Below are positions 29,795-50,433 of a stretch of DNA of 64,000 nt, piece after piece. Position numbers and translations under genes: made by a program. Origin of the DNA: an uncultured Candidatus Rokubacteria bacterium (GTDB taxonomy: Bacteria > Methylomirabilota > Methylomirabilia > Rokubacteriales > CSP1-6); contig CAVWWD010000005.1 of NCBI GenBank assembly GCA_963758635.1, forward strand, positions 128,001-192,000, given 5' to 3'. The notes under the pieces were generated by a model. It saw only the letters and a list, made by a program, of their open reading frames with translations. It did no database searches and was not told where the DNA came from. How positions within the stretch are numbered: the first letter of the stretch is position 1; each line of letters begins with the position of its first letter.

Positions 29795-31513
29795 ATGCTC
29801 ACCGAGCTCCGCATCCGGAACCTCGCCGTCATCGAGAGACGTCACCGTGCCCTTCGGCCCCGGCCTGAACGTCCTCACCGGGGAGACGGGAGCGGGGAAG
29901 TCGATCGTGATCGACGCCCTGCTCCTGATCGGGGGCGCGCGGGCGCAGCCCGAGCTGATCCGCTCGCAGGCCGCCGCCGCCTCGGTCGAGGCGGTCTTCG
30001 AGATCCCGCCGGCGAGCCCGGCCACCGAGGTGCTGGAAAGGGCGGGGCACGGAGCGCCCGATGGCGTCCTCGTGATCCGGCGGGAGATCGCGCGATCCGG
30101 GCGCCACCGCGTCTTCGTCAACGATTCGGCGGCGACGGTGGCGCTGATCGATCGGCTCGGCGAGTGCCTCCTCGAGCTGCACGGCCAGCACGAGCACCAG
30201 CGCCTCATGGAGCCGGCGCGGCAGCTCGCCGTGCTCGATCGCTTCGCCGGCTGCGCGCCGGACGTCTCGGCCCTCGGCGGTCTCGTGCGCGCATGGACGG
30301 AGGCGCGGGCCGAGCTGACTCGCGTCGAGAGCGAGGCGCGGGAGGACGCGCGCCAGGAAGACCTCTACCGCTTCCAGCTCTCCGAGATCGACGCCGCGCG
30401 TCTCGAGGATGGCGAGGAGGACGCGCTCCGCGCCGAGCGCCGCCGCCTCCAGCACGCCGAGCGCATCGGCTCCATCCTGCGCGAGGCCTCCGCGCTGCTC
30501 TACGACGACCGCGACGCCGCCGCGGCCCGCCTGGCGCGCGCGGCCGGCCTGCTCGGCGAGCTCGAGCGCGATGGATCCCGACGCCGCGGGCGCCGCGGAG
30601 AGCGTGGAGGCCGCCGCGACCCACGTCGAGGAGGCCGTCGGTCGGGTGCGCGCGCTCCGCGACCGGGCCACCCTCGATCCCGAGCGCCTGGAGGAGATCG
30701 ACGCGCGTCTCGACACCATCCTCAAGCTGAAGCGGAAGTACGGGGAGAGCGAGGCCGCCATCGCTCGCTACCGCCAGGAGGTGGCCGAGCGGCTCGGGCG
30801 TCTCACCCGCCACGACGAGGTCGTCGCCGAGATGGCGGGCGCGCATCGACGACCTCGCGGGCCGGGCCCTCCGCGCGGCGGACGCGCTCACCGCGGTCCG
30901 CACGGAGGCCGCGGCGCGGCTCGAGCGGCTGATCCAGAAGGAGCTGCGCGGGCTCGGCATGGAGCACGCGCGCTTCGCCGTCGCCTTCCGGCGGGAGGCC
31001 GCCGGGCCCGGCGAGCTCGCGCCGAGGGCGGGCGGCGCCCGCGTGGGTGCGCGGGGGGCCGAGACCGTGGAGTTCCTCTTCTCCGCCAACCCCGGCGAGG
31101 AGCCGCGCTCCCTGGCCCGCGTGGTCTCGGGGGGCGAGCTGTCGCGGACGATGCTCGCGGTCAAGACCGTCCTCGCCGCGGCCGACGACGTGCCGGTCCT
31201 CATCTTCGACGAGGTCGACGCGGGCATCGGCGGGCGCGTGGCCGACGTGATCGGCGACAAGCTGCGGGAGACCTCGGTCGGCCGGCAGGTGCTCTGCGTC
31301 ACCCATCTCGCCCAGATCGCCGCGCGCGCCGGCCAGCACATCGTGGTGGACAAGCGCGTGAGCCGGGGCGTCACGCGCACCTCGGTCCGCCGCGTCGCGG
31401 CCGCCGAGCGCGTGGAGGAGCTGGCGCGGATGCTGGGCGGCGAGCGCATCACCGACGCCACGCGCCGCCACGCGCGCGAGCTCTACCGCGGCAGCCAGGG
31501 GGGACGCGGATGA
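29795..31513 (+). CDS. recN: DNA repair protein RecN; several probable sequencing frameshifts
   Basis: TGETGAGKS, HGQHEHQ, SGGELSR, FDEVDAG, VTHLAQIA. Confidence 0.92.
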
Positions 31514-31570
31514 CGGCGGCGCGGCCCGCATCTGTCCCTGGCCGCGAGGCCTGGTGCTAAGATAGCCTTC

Positions 31571-34366
<2,796 letters not shown>

Positions 34367-34481
34367 TCCGCTCCCGTCCCTAGTGCCTCGGGGGTCGCCG
34401 TCCCCCCATCGCTGGTGTTTTTCGCTTGGCGGTCCTCCGGGTCGTGTGGTACGTGTGAGAAGCCCGCAGCGGGCGGTACCC

Positions 34482-38115
<3,634 letters not shown>

Positions 38116-38247
38116 CCTCGCTCGGTAGTTGCCTCTTCCGGCGCCCGAGATTACACTCCGGCAGGGAAGGCACATGCGCACGGGATCCCGAAGGAGCGTT
38201 GCTGGACCGCCCCCTCGCCGGGTCCAGCCAGCGAAAGGCACTTGCCC

Positions 38248-39331
38248 GTGGTGAGCCGCACGGACCAGGAAGCCCCAAGGACTTCGGGTCCGAGCGCCGC
38301 CTCCGGCCCGGTCGGCGTCCGACTCCGGCAGCTCCGGGAGAGCCGCGGCGTCTCTCTCGACGAGATCGCCCGCGCCACCCGGGTCGGCCGCCCCATCTGG
38401 AGGCCCTCGAGGCGGGCGAGACCGCCGAGCTTCCCGCGCCGGTGTTCGTGAAGGGATTCATCCGCGCGTACTGCGAGTTCCTCGGAGCCGGCCCCGAGGA
38501 CGTGCTGGCGCGGTATCACGAGATCGTGCGCGCGCCACCGACGATCGGCGCGTCGCGCACCGCGCTGGGAAGCCGGGCCCGGCCGTCGCGTCTCGGGAGC
38601 CCGATCGCGGTGAGCCTGCTCTTGCTGCTGGTCCTGGCCGGCGCGCTGCTGGCCGTGAACCTCGGGCTGCGGACGCGGCACGTCCACTCCGGCATCGACC
38701 CCGTCGCCGCGAAGGGTGGCGGAGCCGCCGGCGGCCGCTCCGACCGAGCTCACCGCGGCAGACCGTGGCGCCACGGGCGCCCCCGTGGCGGCTCCCGCTC
38801 CGTCGGCAGCGACGGCGGGCGCCGCGCCGACCACGCCCGCGGCGTCGCCGGCCGCCGGATCGGCCACGCCGCCCGTGACGCCCGCAAGTCCGCCGACGCC
38901 GCGCGCCGCTCAGGGCACTGCGCCTGCGGCAACCGGCGCGCCGCCGACGCCTCAGACGGCGGCCCCGCCTGCCGTCGGCTCCGTAACGTCCGCCGCCCCG
39001 CGCCCGGAGACGCCGGCGACGCCCCCGGCCACGACGGCCCCGGCCGCGCCGGCGACGACGCCCGCCGTCGGCGGTCAGAAGCTAGTCGTCCGCGCGATCG
39101 AGCGCACCTGGATCCGCGTCCAGCGCGACCGCGGCGCTCCATGGAGGAGGTCCTCGAGGCGGGAGCGGTGCGCGAGTGGACGCGCGGAGCGCGTGTTCGT
39201 GCTCTCCGTCGGCAACGCCGGCGGCCTCGAGCTCACGCTGAACGGCGAGCGGCCTGCCGCCGCTGGGCGGGCGCGGAGCGGTCATCCGTCAGCTCGTGCT
39301 GCCCCCCGGCGCGACCCCACCGCAATCGTGA
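38248..39331 (+). CDS. rodZ: RodZ-like protein (HTH-TM-Pro/Ala linker-DUF4115); frameshifted
   Basis: LRQLRESRGVSLDEIA, FVKGFIRAY, TM, WIRV, GNAGGLELTLNG. Confidence 0.8.
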
Positions 39332-40259
39332 GCTTCTTCCGCTCGCTCGCCGACCGCGTCAAGCAAGGCCTGCAGCGGACGCAGCGAACTCCTCGACACT
39401 GACATCACCGAGCTGTTCAGCTTCGGCCGTCCGATCGACGAGGCCCTGCTGGAGGAGCTCGAGGAGCGCCTCGTCGCTGTCCGACCTCGGCGCGCCCGTG
39501 GCCGCCGCGTTCGTGGGCCGGGTGCGCGAGGAGGCCAAGCGCGGGCGGATCACCGCCGCGGAGGACGTCCGCGCGCTCCTGCGCCGGTTCCTCGAGGAGA
39601 CCCTCGCGACCCGCCGAGGCGCCGCTGGACCTCTCGGGGCGGCCGTCGGTGATCCTCATGCTCGGCGTGAACGGCTCGGGGAAGACGACCAGCACGCGGG
39701 AAGCTGGCCGCGGCGCTGTCCAGCCAGGGCAAGCGCGTCTCGTCGCCGCCGCGGACACCTTCCGCGCCGCGGCCATCGAGCAGCTCCAGGTGTGGGGCGA
39801 GCGCGCCGGCGTCGAGGTCATCCATCAGGCGGCGGGCGCCGATCCCGCCGCGGTGGTCTTCGACGCGGTCAAGGCGGCGACCGCGCGCGCGGCCGACGTG
39901 CTCATCGTGGACACCGCCGGGCGCCTGCACACCAAGTCCAACCTCATGGACGAGCTGACCAAGCTCAAGCGCGTGGTCGTCGCGCCAGGTCCCCGGGGCG
40001 CCGCACGAGTCGCTCATGGTGCTGGAAGCGCCCACGGGCCAGAACGGCCTCGCCCAGGCGCGGATGTTCCACGAGGCGGTGGGGCTCACCGGACTCGTCC
40101 TGACCAAGCTCGACGGCACCGCGAAGGGCGGCATCGTCGTGGCCATCCACCAGCAGCTCGGCCTGCCCATCAAGCTCGTGGGCGTCGGCGAGCAGATCGA
40201 GCGACCTCCAGCCCTTCGACGCCAAGACCTTCGCCGCCGCGCTCGTCCCCGCGGCATGA
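39328..40259 (+). CDS. ftsY: SRP receptor FtsY; frameshifted
   Basis: [36 protein letters not shown]. Confidence 0.92.
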
Positions 40260-41416
40260 GCCCCATCGGGACCGGCGGCGATGCGCCGTCCGACGACGCG
40301 CGCTGGATGCGGCGCGCCCTCGAGCTCGCCGAGGGCGGGCGCGGGCCGCACCTCGCCCAATCCGATGGTGGGCGCGGTCGTGGTGGCGGAGGCCGGACGG
40401 TCGGCGAGGGATTCCACGCGCGCGCGGGCGGGCCCCACGCCGAGGTCGACGCGCTCGCGAGCGCCGGCGCGGGCGCGCGGGGCGCCACCCTGTACGTGAC
40501 GCTCGAGCCCTGCAACCATCACGGCCGCACCGGCCCCTGCGTGGACGCCATCGTGGGCGGCGGCATCCGGCGCGTGGTGGCCGCGGTGGCTGACCCGAAC
40601 CCGCGTGTCGAGGGCGGCGGGTCCCGCGCGCTCCGCGCTGCCGGCATCGCGGTGCGCATGGGCTGCCTCGCCGACGAGGCGCGGCGGCAGAACCGCGTGT
40701 TCTTCGGCGCGGTCGCGCGGGGGCGGCCGCACGTCACGCTCAAGTGCGCGATGACGCTCGACGGGAAGATCGCCGCCGCGGACGGCTCGTCGCGCTGGAT
40801 CACCGGCGAAGCTGCGCGGCGGGAGGCGCACCGGCTGCGCAGCGAGGCCGACGCGGTCGCCGTGGGCATCGGCACCGCGCTCGCCGACGACCCGTTGCTC
40901 GACGTGCGCCTGCACCGAGCCCTGGCCGCGAGAGCCGTACCGCGTGGTCGTCGACAGCGGCGCGCGGCTCGCCGTCAGCGCGCGCGTCCTCGCCGGCGGG
41001 ACGGCCCGAGCGGACGCTGGTCGCCGTGGCGGACACGGCGCCCCCCGATCGCGTGGCCGCGCATCGCCGCGCGCGGCGCCACCGTGCTGACCTGCCGGTC
41101 GCGCGACGGTCGGGTCGACTCGAGGATCTGTGCCGCCGGCTCTTCGGCCTCGAGGTGATGGGCCTGCTCGTCGAGGGCGGCAGCGTGCTCGCCGCCGCGT
41201 TCGTCGACGCGGGGCTCGTGGACCGGGTCGCGTTCTTCATCGCCCCGAAGCTCCTGGGCGGCGCCGGGGCGCCCACCGCGGTCGGCGGGCCCGGGGCGGC
41301 CGCTCGATGCGGCGGCGCGGCTCGCCGGACGGCCGAGGTGCGGCAGGTCGGCGACGACTGGCTCTTCGAGGCCGACGTGCGCCGCGACGACGGCGGGCGA
41401 CGCGGACGGAGCCTGA
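40256..41416 (+). CDS. ribD: Riboflavin deaminase/reductase; frameshifted
   Basis: [34 protein letters not shown]. Confidence 0.9.
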
Positions 41417-41419
41417 GCG

Positions 41420-42018
41420 GTGTTCACCGGGACTCGTCGAGGAGATCGGGCAGGTGATCGCGCGCGACGGCGCCCGCCTCGTCGTGTCGGCGCCGGCCTC
41501 ACGCTCGACGGCAGCGCGGTGGGCGCCAGCGTGGCGGTCAACGGCGCGTGCCTCACCGTCGTCACGCGCGGGACCGATCGACTTCGGCTTCGACCTGGGC
41601 CCGGAGACGCTCGCCGTGACCGGCCTCGGCGAGCCTCGCCGCCGGCGACGCCGTGAACCTCGAGCGGCCGCTGCGCCTCGGCGAGCTTCGTGGGCGGCCA
41701 TCTCGTGCAGGGCCACGTCGACGGGGTGGGCATGGTGGCGGCCCTGGAGCGCCACGACGAACCGCGCGGCTCAGGATAGAATGGCAGGCATCGACGCTGG
41801 CCCGCTGCTGATCCCCAGGGGCTCGGTAGCGGTGGACGGCGTGAGCCTCACCGTGGCAGCGCTCGACGAGCGGGCGTTCGAGATCATGCTCATCCCGCAC
41901 ACGCTGGCCCTGACGACGCTGGGCCGGCTGCGCGCCGGGCCGGCGGGTAAATCTTGAGATGGACATGATCGGCAAGTACGTGGCGCGGGTCTTGAGCCAG
42001 AGAGGAAACGGTCCGTGA
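41420..42018 (+). CDS. ribE: Riboflavin synthase; frameshifted
   Basis: [35 protein letters not shown]. Confidence 0.88.
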
Positions 42019-43244
42019 TCGACGAGTCCGCGCGAGAATTCGCCACCATCGACGAGGCGATCGAGGAGATCCGCGCCGGCCGCATGCTCGTGGTCGTCGA
42101 CGACGAGGACCGCGAGAACGAGGGCGACCTTGTCATGGCCGCCGATCTCGCCACCCCCGAGGCGGTCAACTTCATGGCGAAGTACGGCCGGGGGCTGATC
42201 TGCGTGCCCCTGCCCGGAGAGCGCCTCGACGAGCTGCAGATCTCGATGATGGTGCGCGACAACACGGCGCCGCTCGGCACCGCGTTCACGACCACCGTCG
42301 ACGCCCGGCGCGGCGTCACCACCGGCACGTCGGCCTACGACCGCGCCGTCACCATCCGCGCCCTGGTGGACCCGGCGAGCCAGCCGCAGGACCTCACGCG
42401 CCCCGGTCACATCTTCCCGCTGCGCGCGCTGCCCGGCGGCGTGCTCCGGCGCGCCGGGCACACCGAGGCCGCGGTGGATCTGGCGCGGCTGGCCGGCTGC
42501 TCGCCGGCCGGGGTCATCTGCGAGGTGCTCGACGACGACGGCGGCATGGCGCGCCTGCCCGACCTCGTCAAGCTCGCCCGCACCCACGGGCTCAAGCTCA
42601 TCACGATCCGGGACCTGATCGAGTACCGCATCCAGAAGGAGAAGCTCGTGCGGCGGGCCGCGGAGACCCGCCTCCCCACGGACTACGGCGACTTCAAGGT
42701 CATCGCCTACGAGACCACGGTGGACGACCGCGTCACCCTGGCCCTCGTCCTCGGCGACGTGTCGGGCGACGAGCCCGTCCTCATGCGCGTGCACTCGGAG
42801 TGCCTGCCCGGGGACGTCTTCGGCTGCCGCCGGTGCGACTGCGGCTCGCAGCTGCACAAGGCGCTGACGATCATCGCCGCGCGAGGGGCGGGGCGTGCTC
42901 GTCTACATGCGGCAGGAGGGGCGGGGGATCGGGCTCCTCAACAAGCTCAAGGCCTACGAGCTGCAGGACCAGGGGCAAGGACACGGTGGAGGCCAACCAC
43001 GCCCTCGGCTTCGGCGCCGACCTCCGCCACTACGGCCTCGGCGCGCAGATCCTCGTGGACCTCGGCGTGAAGAACCTCCGGTACCTGACCAACAACCCGA
43101 AGAAGATCGTCGGCATCGAGCGGCTACGGCCTCCGCGTCGTCGAGCGCGTGCCGCTCGAGATCCCGCCCACCGAGGAGAACCGCCGCTACCTCATCACCA
43201 AGCGCGAGAAGATGGGGCACCTCTTCTCGTTCTTCCCGGACTGA
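42015..43244 (+). CDS. ribBA: Bifunctional DHBP synthase / GTP cyclohydrolase II; frameshifted
   Basis: [41 protein letters not shown]. Confidence 0.92.
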
Positions 43245-43247
43245 GCC

Positions 43248-43781
43248 GTGGCCGGACGCGCCCCCCGACCCGCGACCGGGCGCCGCCGCCGGCCTGCCGC
43301 CGGCGGCGCGCTTCGCGATCGTCGCCGCGCGCTTCAACGAGCCCATCTCGAAGAAGCTGGTCGACGGCGCCCTCGCCGCGCCTCGCCGAGCAGGGCGTCC
43401 GGGCCGACGCCGCCGACGTGCACTGGGTGCCCGGCTCCTTCGAGCTCCCACTGGCCGCCCGCGCGCTCGCGCGCACGGGGCGCTACGCCGGCGTGGTGTG
43501 CGTCGGCGTCGTGATCACGCGGCGGGACGCCGCACTTCGAGCACGTCTCGCGCGAGGCGGCGACAGGCATCCGTCAGGTCGGCGCTCGACGACCGGGGTC
43601 CCGGTGACCTTCGGGCTGATCACCGCGCTCACCGAGGAGCAGGCGTGGGAGCGGGCGGGCGGCTCGGTGGGCAACCGCGGTCACGAGGCGGCGCTCGCCG
43701 CCGTCGAGATGGCGGGCTGGCTCCGGCGCCTCGGCCGTCGGGGCCGGGGACACCGGCGCGCCGGAGCGCGCCGATGGGTAG
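43248..43781 (+). CDS. ribH: Lumazine synthase; frameshifted, end approximate
   Basis: [31 protein letters not shown]. Confidence 0.85.
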
Positions 43782-44190
43782 GCGCCGCAAGTCGCGCGAG
43801 CTGGCGCTCCAGCTCCTCTACCAGCTCGACGTGCAGGGCGTGGGCGATCCGGGCCCCGCGTTCGCCGAGTTCTGGATGCGGCACCCCGTGGACGACGAGG
43901 TGCGCGAGTTCGCCGAGTCCCTCGTCCGCGGCGCCAAGCTCCACCAGGGCAAGATCGACGAGCTGATCGCCCAGTACGCCGAGAACTGGGAGCTCGAGCG
44001 CATGGCGGTGGTGGACCGCAACATCCTGCGCGGCGGGATCTTCGAGCTCCTGTGGGAGAGCGACGTCCCGCCCAAGGTCGCGATCAACGAGGCTCTCGAG
44101 GTCGCCAAGAAGTTCAGCACGCAGGAGTCGAGCCGCTTCATCAACGGCATCCTCGACCGCATGCACAAAGAGCTCTCGCCTTCCGGCTAA
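43774..44190 (+). CDS. nusB: Transcription antitermination factor NusB
   Basis: [33 protein letters not shown]. Confidence 0.95.
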   Translation: MGRRRKSRELALQLLYQLDVQGVGDPGPAFAEFWMRHPVDDEVREFAESLVRGAKLHQGKIDELIAQYAENWELERMAVVDRNILRGGIFELLWESDVPPKVAINEALEVAKKFSTQESSRFINGILDRMHKELSPSG

Positions 44191-44221
44191 ATTAGCCCGA
44201 CAGCCCTGGCCGGCCCACGCA

Positions 44222-44965
44222 ATGCGCTACGCGATCCTCTCGGACGTCCACGCGAACCTCGAAGCCCTGACCGCGGTGCTCGCCGACGCGGACCGGGAGG
44301 GCGCCACCGCCATCTTCGGCCTTGGCGACCTCGTCGGCTACGGCGCGGATCCCGGGGCGTGCGTGGACGCGGTGGGCGACCGCGGCGCCGCGGCTGGTGG
44401 CCGGCAACCACGAGTGGGGCGCGGTCGGGCTGATCGACGTGGCGTGGTTCAATCCCGCGGCGCGCGCGGCCGATCCTCTGGACCCGCGAACGGCTCGCCC
44501 GCGACGCGAGCCGCTACCTGGCCGCGCTGCCCCTCACGGCGACGGTCGAGGACGCGACGCTCGTCCACGCCAGCCCCCGGAATCCCGAGGAGTGGGACTA
44601 TCTCACCTCGGCGGAGGAGGGGTTCGACGTGTTCGAGGCGTTCGACACGCGGCTCTGCTTCGTCGGCCACTCGCACCGGCCCGCGGTGTGGTCGCTCGGC
44701 TCCGGCAGGCCCGGACCACGCCGCCGCCTTCCGGGCCTGGCCGGTGCGCATCGCGCTCGAGCACGGCCGCCGCTACGTCATCAACGTGGGCAGCGTGGGG
44801 CAGCCGCGCGATCGAGACCCGCGCGCCGCCTACGCTATCTGGGACGTCGACCGGCGCGAGGTCGAGATCCGCCGGGTGACGTACGACCACCGCGCGACCG
44901 CCGCCAAGATCCTCGGCGCCGGCCTGCCGCGTCTGCTCGCCGACCGTCTGGCGCGGGGCTTTTGA
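44222..44965 (+). CDS. Metallophosphoesterase; frameshifted
   Basis: SDVHAN, GDLVGYG, GNHE, GHSH, NVGSVGQPRD. Confidence 0.85.
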   Translation: MRYAILSDVHANLEALTAVLADADREGATAIFGLGDLVGYGADPGACVDAVGDRGAAAGGRQPRVGRGRADRRGVVQSRGARGRSSGPANGSPATRAATWPRCPSRRRSRTRRSSTPAPGIPRSGTISPRRRRGSTCSRRSTRGSASSATRTGPRCGRSAPAGPDHAAAFRAWPVRIALEHGRRYVINVGSVGQPRDRDPRAAYAIWDVDRREVEIRRVTYDHRATAAKILGAGLPRLLADRLARGF

Positions 44966-46531
44966 CCGGGTCCGGGGCGGCCGAGCGCCTCCACGCGCTG
45001 GCCGCGGGGCGGGTCCGCGTGCCCGTCCTCGTCGCTGTCCGGCGTGCTCGGCGCGCTCGCGTATCCACGGCTGGGATGGTGGCTGCTCGCGTGGGTGTTC
45101 CTCGCGCCCGCGTTCGCGCTGGCGCTGGCGCGCCCGCCGCGGGCGGCGCTCCGCGACGGCTGGCTCGCCGGCACCGCGTTCTTCGTCGTGCTGCTCTCGT
45201 GGCTCGACCATACCTTCACGCACTACAGCGCGATCCCGTGGCCGGTGTCCTGGCTGCCCATCGCCGCGCTCGCCGCGTACTGCGGCCTCTACGTGGGCCT
45301 CGTGTGCCTCGGGCTGTCACTGGCTGGCGCCCGGCTCTCGGCGGCCGGGCGCTGGCCATGGCGCCCGTCTCTCTGGGTGGCGGGGGAGTGGATCCGCGGA
45401 TGGCTGATGGACGGCTTTCCGTGGGGGCTCGTCGGCTACTCGCAGCACTCGGCGCTCGCCGTCATCCAGATCGCGGACCTGGCCGGCGTCTACGGCGTCT
45501 CCTTCGTGGTCGTCGCGGCAAACGCCGCGCTCGCCGCGGTCCTGGCCCTCGCCGTGGCGCCGGGCCGCTCCGGGCGTCGCGGGCGCCCTCGTGCTCCTGG
45601 GCGCCTCGATCGCGTATCGGCGTGCTCGCGCTCCGGTCGGCTGACGCCGCCGCGTCCGTGCCGGTGGCCGTGATCCAGCCCGCGGTCGAGCAATCGATCA
45701 AGTGGGATCCGGCGAGCCGCGCGGAGATCCTCGACCGCTACGAGCGCCTGACCCGCGAGGCCGCGCGCTCAGCGTCCGGTGCTCGTGGTCTGGCCGGAGA
45801 CGGCGGCGCCGATCTTCCTCAGGGGCGAGCCAGAGCTGCGTGCGCCGCCTCACGCGCCTCGCGGGGGAGGTCGGGACACCGCTCCTGGTCGGCTCGGTGG
45901 ATCGTCAGCCGGGGCCCGGCGGGGCCCTCCTGAACAGCGCGTTTCTCCTGACGGGACAGGGAATTACGGCCAAGTATGATAAGATGCACCTCGTTCCGTT
46001 CGGCGAGTACGTGCCGCTCTCGGGCCTGATCGGCTTCGTCCGGAGCTGGGCGGAGTTCATCTCGGACTTCGCGGCGGGCGAGCAGGCGACGGTGTTCCCG
46101 CTGCGAGGCCGGCCGCTTCGGCACGGTCATCTGCTACGAGGTGATCTTCCCCGAGCTGTTCCGGCGGGTCGGTGGCCGGCGGCGCGGCGTTCATGACGAA
46201 CATCACGAACGACGCGTGGTTCGGGGAGACCAGCGGTCCGTGGCAGCACCTGGCCACGCTGCCGCTGCGGGCGGTGGAGCACCGGGTCGGCATCGCCCGC
46301 GCGGCGAACACGGGCATCTCGGCGTTCGTCGAACCGAGCGGGCGCATCACGTCCTGGCTGCCGCTCGGCGCGCGCGGCGTGCTCGAGCGGCGGGTGACGC
46401 TCCGGCGCGGGCCGACGATGTACACGCGATACGGTGACTGGCTGCCGTGGGGCTGCTGCCTCGCGGCGGCGGCAACGCTCATGGGCTCTGCACTCTCGAG
46501 GAGGTCTCCACGGTCATGCTCGGCGAGCTGA
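44962..46531 (+). CDS. lnt: Apolipoprotein N-acyltransferase; frameshifted
   Basis: GFPW, WPETA, YDKMHLVPFGEY, ICYE, TNDAWFG, RAANTG. Confidence 0.9.
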
Positions 46532-47613
46532 AGCGGGACATCGCGGACGTTGAGCGCCGCCTGGACGACCTCCGGAGCCATCTTTGACCTCCCGGGAAAG
46601 CAGGCCCGCCTCGCCCTGATCGACGGGGAGATGGCCAGGCCCACCTTCTGGGACGATTCCCGGAAGGCCCAGGGCGTGGTGCAGGAGCGCGCCGCCCTCG
46701 CCCGGCTCGTCACCGCGGTTCGACGAGATCAGCACGCAGGCCGGCGAGGCCCGCCTCCTCTGGGAGATGGCGACCGAGGCGGGCGACGAGAGCCTCGCCG
46801 CCGAGATCGAGCAGGGGCTCGGGCGCGTGCGCGAGGCCCTCGAGGCCTTCCAGCTCAAGGTCACGCTCTCCGGGCCGCAGGACGCCAAGGACGCCATCGT
46901 CTCCATCCACCCGGGCGCCGGGGGCACCGAGTCCCAGGACTGGGCGCAGATGCTCCTGCGCATGTACCTGCGCTGGGCGGAGCGCGCGGGCTTCAAGGCC
47001 GAGGTGGTCGACCTGCTGCCCGGCGAGGAAGCCGGGATCAAGTCCGCCACCATCGACGATCAACGGCGAGTACGCGTACGGCTACCTCAAGAGCGAGGTC
47101 GGCGTGCACCGCCTGATCCGCATCTCACCGTTCGACGCCTCCAAGCGGCGGCACACCTCGTTCGCCTCCGTGGCCGTGATCCCCGAGGTCGAGGACGTCG
47201 AGGTCGTGATCAAGGACGAGGAGCTCCGCGTGGACGTGTACCGCTCCTCCGGCCCCGGCGGGCAGGGGGTCAACACCGCGGACTCCGCGGTGCGCATCAC
47301 GCACCTGCCGACCGGCATCGTGGTGGCCTGCCAGAACGAGCGCTCGCAGCTCCGGAACCGCGACACCGCGATGCGCATCCTGCGGGCGCGGCTCTACCAG
47401 GTCTACGAGAAGAAGCAGACGCGAGGAGCTCGCCGAGCTGACGGGCGAGAAGAAGGAGATCGCCTTCGGGAGCCAGATCCGCACCTACACGTTCCATCCG
47501 TACCAGATCATCAAGGACCACCGCACCGGCGTGGAGGTCGGCAACGTCGACGCGGTGATGGACGGGGACGTGGAGCCCTTCATCCGGGCCTTCCTGACCC
47601 AGGCGCGCCCTGA
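46516..47613 (+). CDS. prfB: Peptide chain release factor 2 with programmed +1 frameshift, plus additional error indels
   Basis: In-frame CTT TGA C at 46582; GAGGTES, SPF, GGQ, NERSQ. Confidence 0.95.
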
Positions 47614-47637
47614 CGGGGGCCGGACGGAGGGACGGGC

Positions 47638-49170
<1,533 letters not shown>

Positions 49171-49174
<4 letters not shown>

Positions 49175-50409
49175 AGCGCGGGCTCCCCGTCGAGCTCTTC
49201 CTGGGCCTGCGGTACCTCCGCGCGCGCGGCCAGCGCAGCAACCTCTCGTTGTTCGTCTGGATCGGGATCGGCGGGGTGTTCCTGGGCGTGAGCGCGCTCA
49301 TCGTGGTGCTCGCGGTGATGACCGGCTTCCAGGACGGCATCAAGGACAAGATCATCGCGGCCAACCCGCACATCCTCGTGCTGGAGTCGGGCGGCCGGGG
49401 CGTGGCCGACTGGACCGCCCTCGCCGGCCGCGTGCGGCCGATCCCGGGGGTGCGCTCCGCCACGCCGTTCGTGCTCCAGCAGGCGCTCTTCACCGCCCAG
49501 GGCGGCGGAGCCACCGGCGGCCTGCTGCGCGGCGTGGACCTCGCCTCGCCCGAGGTGCGAAAGACCCTGGCCACCCACATCAAGATGGGCGACCTCGAGG
49601 CCCTCGACCGCGCCGCGGAGCCCGCGGTCCTGCTGGGCCGGGAGCTCGCCCGGCTCCTCGGCGCCCTGCCCGGCGACCACGTGACGGTGATCTCCCCGCA
49701 GGGCGCCATCACCGCGGTCGGCCTCGTGCCGAAGATGCGCCGCTTCAAGGTGGCCGGCTTCTTCGAGGTCGGCATGCACGAGTACGACTCGTCGCTCGCC
49801 TACACCACCATCGCCGCGGCCCAGGAGTTCGCGGGGCTGGGCGACCGCGTCTCCGGCGTCGAGGTGAAGCTCGACGATCCCTTCGAGGCCAAGGTGGTGG
49901 GCCGGAAGATCGCGGCGGCGGCGGTCGGGCCCTTCTGGATCCGGGACTGGATGGAGATGAACCGGAACCTCTTCGCCGCGCTCCAGCTCGAGAAGCTGGC
50001 GCTGTTCGTGATCGTCACCATCATCGTGCTCGTGGCCGGCTTCGCCATCATCGGCCATCTCGTGCTCCTCGTCGCCGAGAAGCGAAAGGAGATCGGCATC
50101 CTCAAGGCCATGGGCGCGACGTCGACGAGCATCGCCTCGATCTTCCTCGCCGCCGGCATGCTGATCGGCCTCGTCGGGACCGCGGCGGGGAGCGCCTTCG
50201 GCCTGCTCCTCATCTGGGTGCAGAACACCTACCGGATCATCCGCCTCGCCGGCGACGTGTACCAGATCAGCCACCTCCCGATGAAGCTCACCGGATCGGA
50301 CTTCGCCCTCGTCGTCGGCGCCACCCTCGTCATCTCCTTCCTCGCGACGCTCTCGCCGGCCCGCCGCGCCGCCGGGCTCGATCCCGTCGACGTGCTGCGC
50401 TATGAGTGA
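49171..50409 (+). CDS. Lipoprotein-releasing ABC permease LolC/E
   Basis: LAVMTGF, periplasmic domain, EIGILKAMG; adjacent to lolD. Confidence 0.9.
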
Positions 50410-50433
50410 CGGGGGCCACGCGGACCGCCCGGC

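Noticed and set aside
38185..38205. Glycine or SAH riboswitch from ccgaaggagcgttgc
   Set aside because: Remaining conserved segments are absent and the gene context does not fit.
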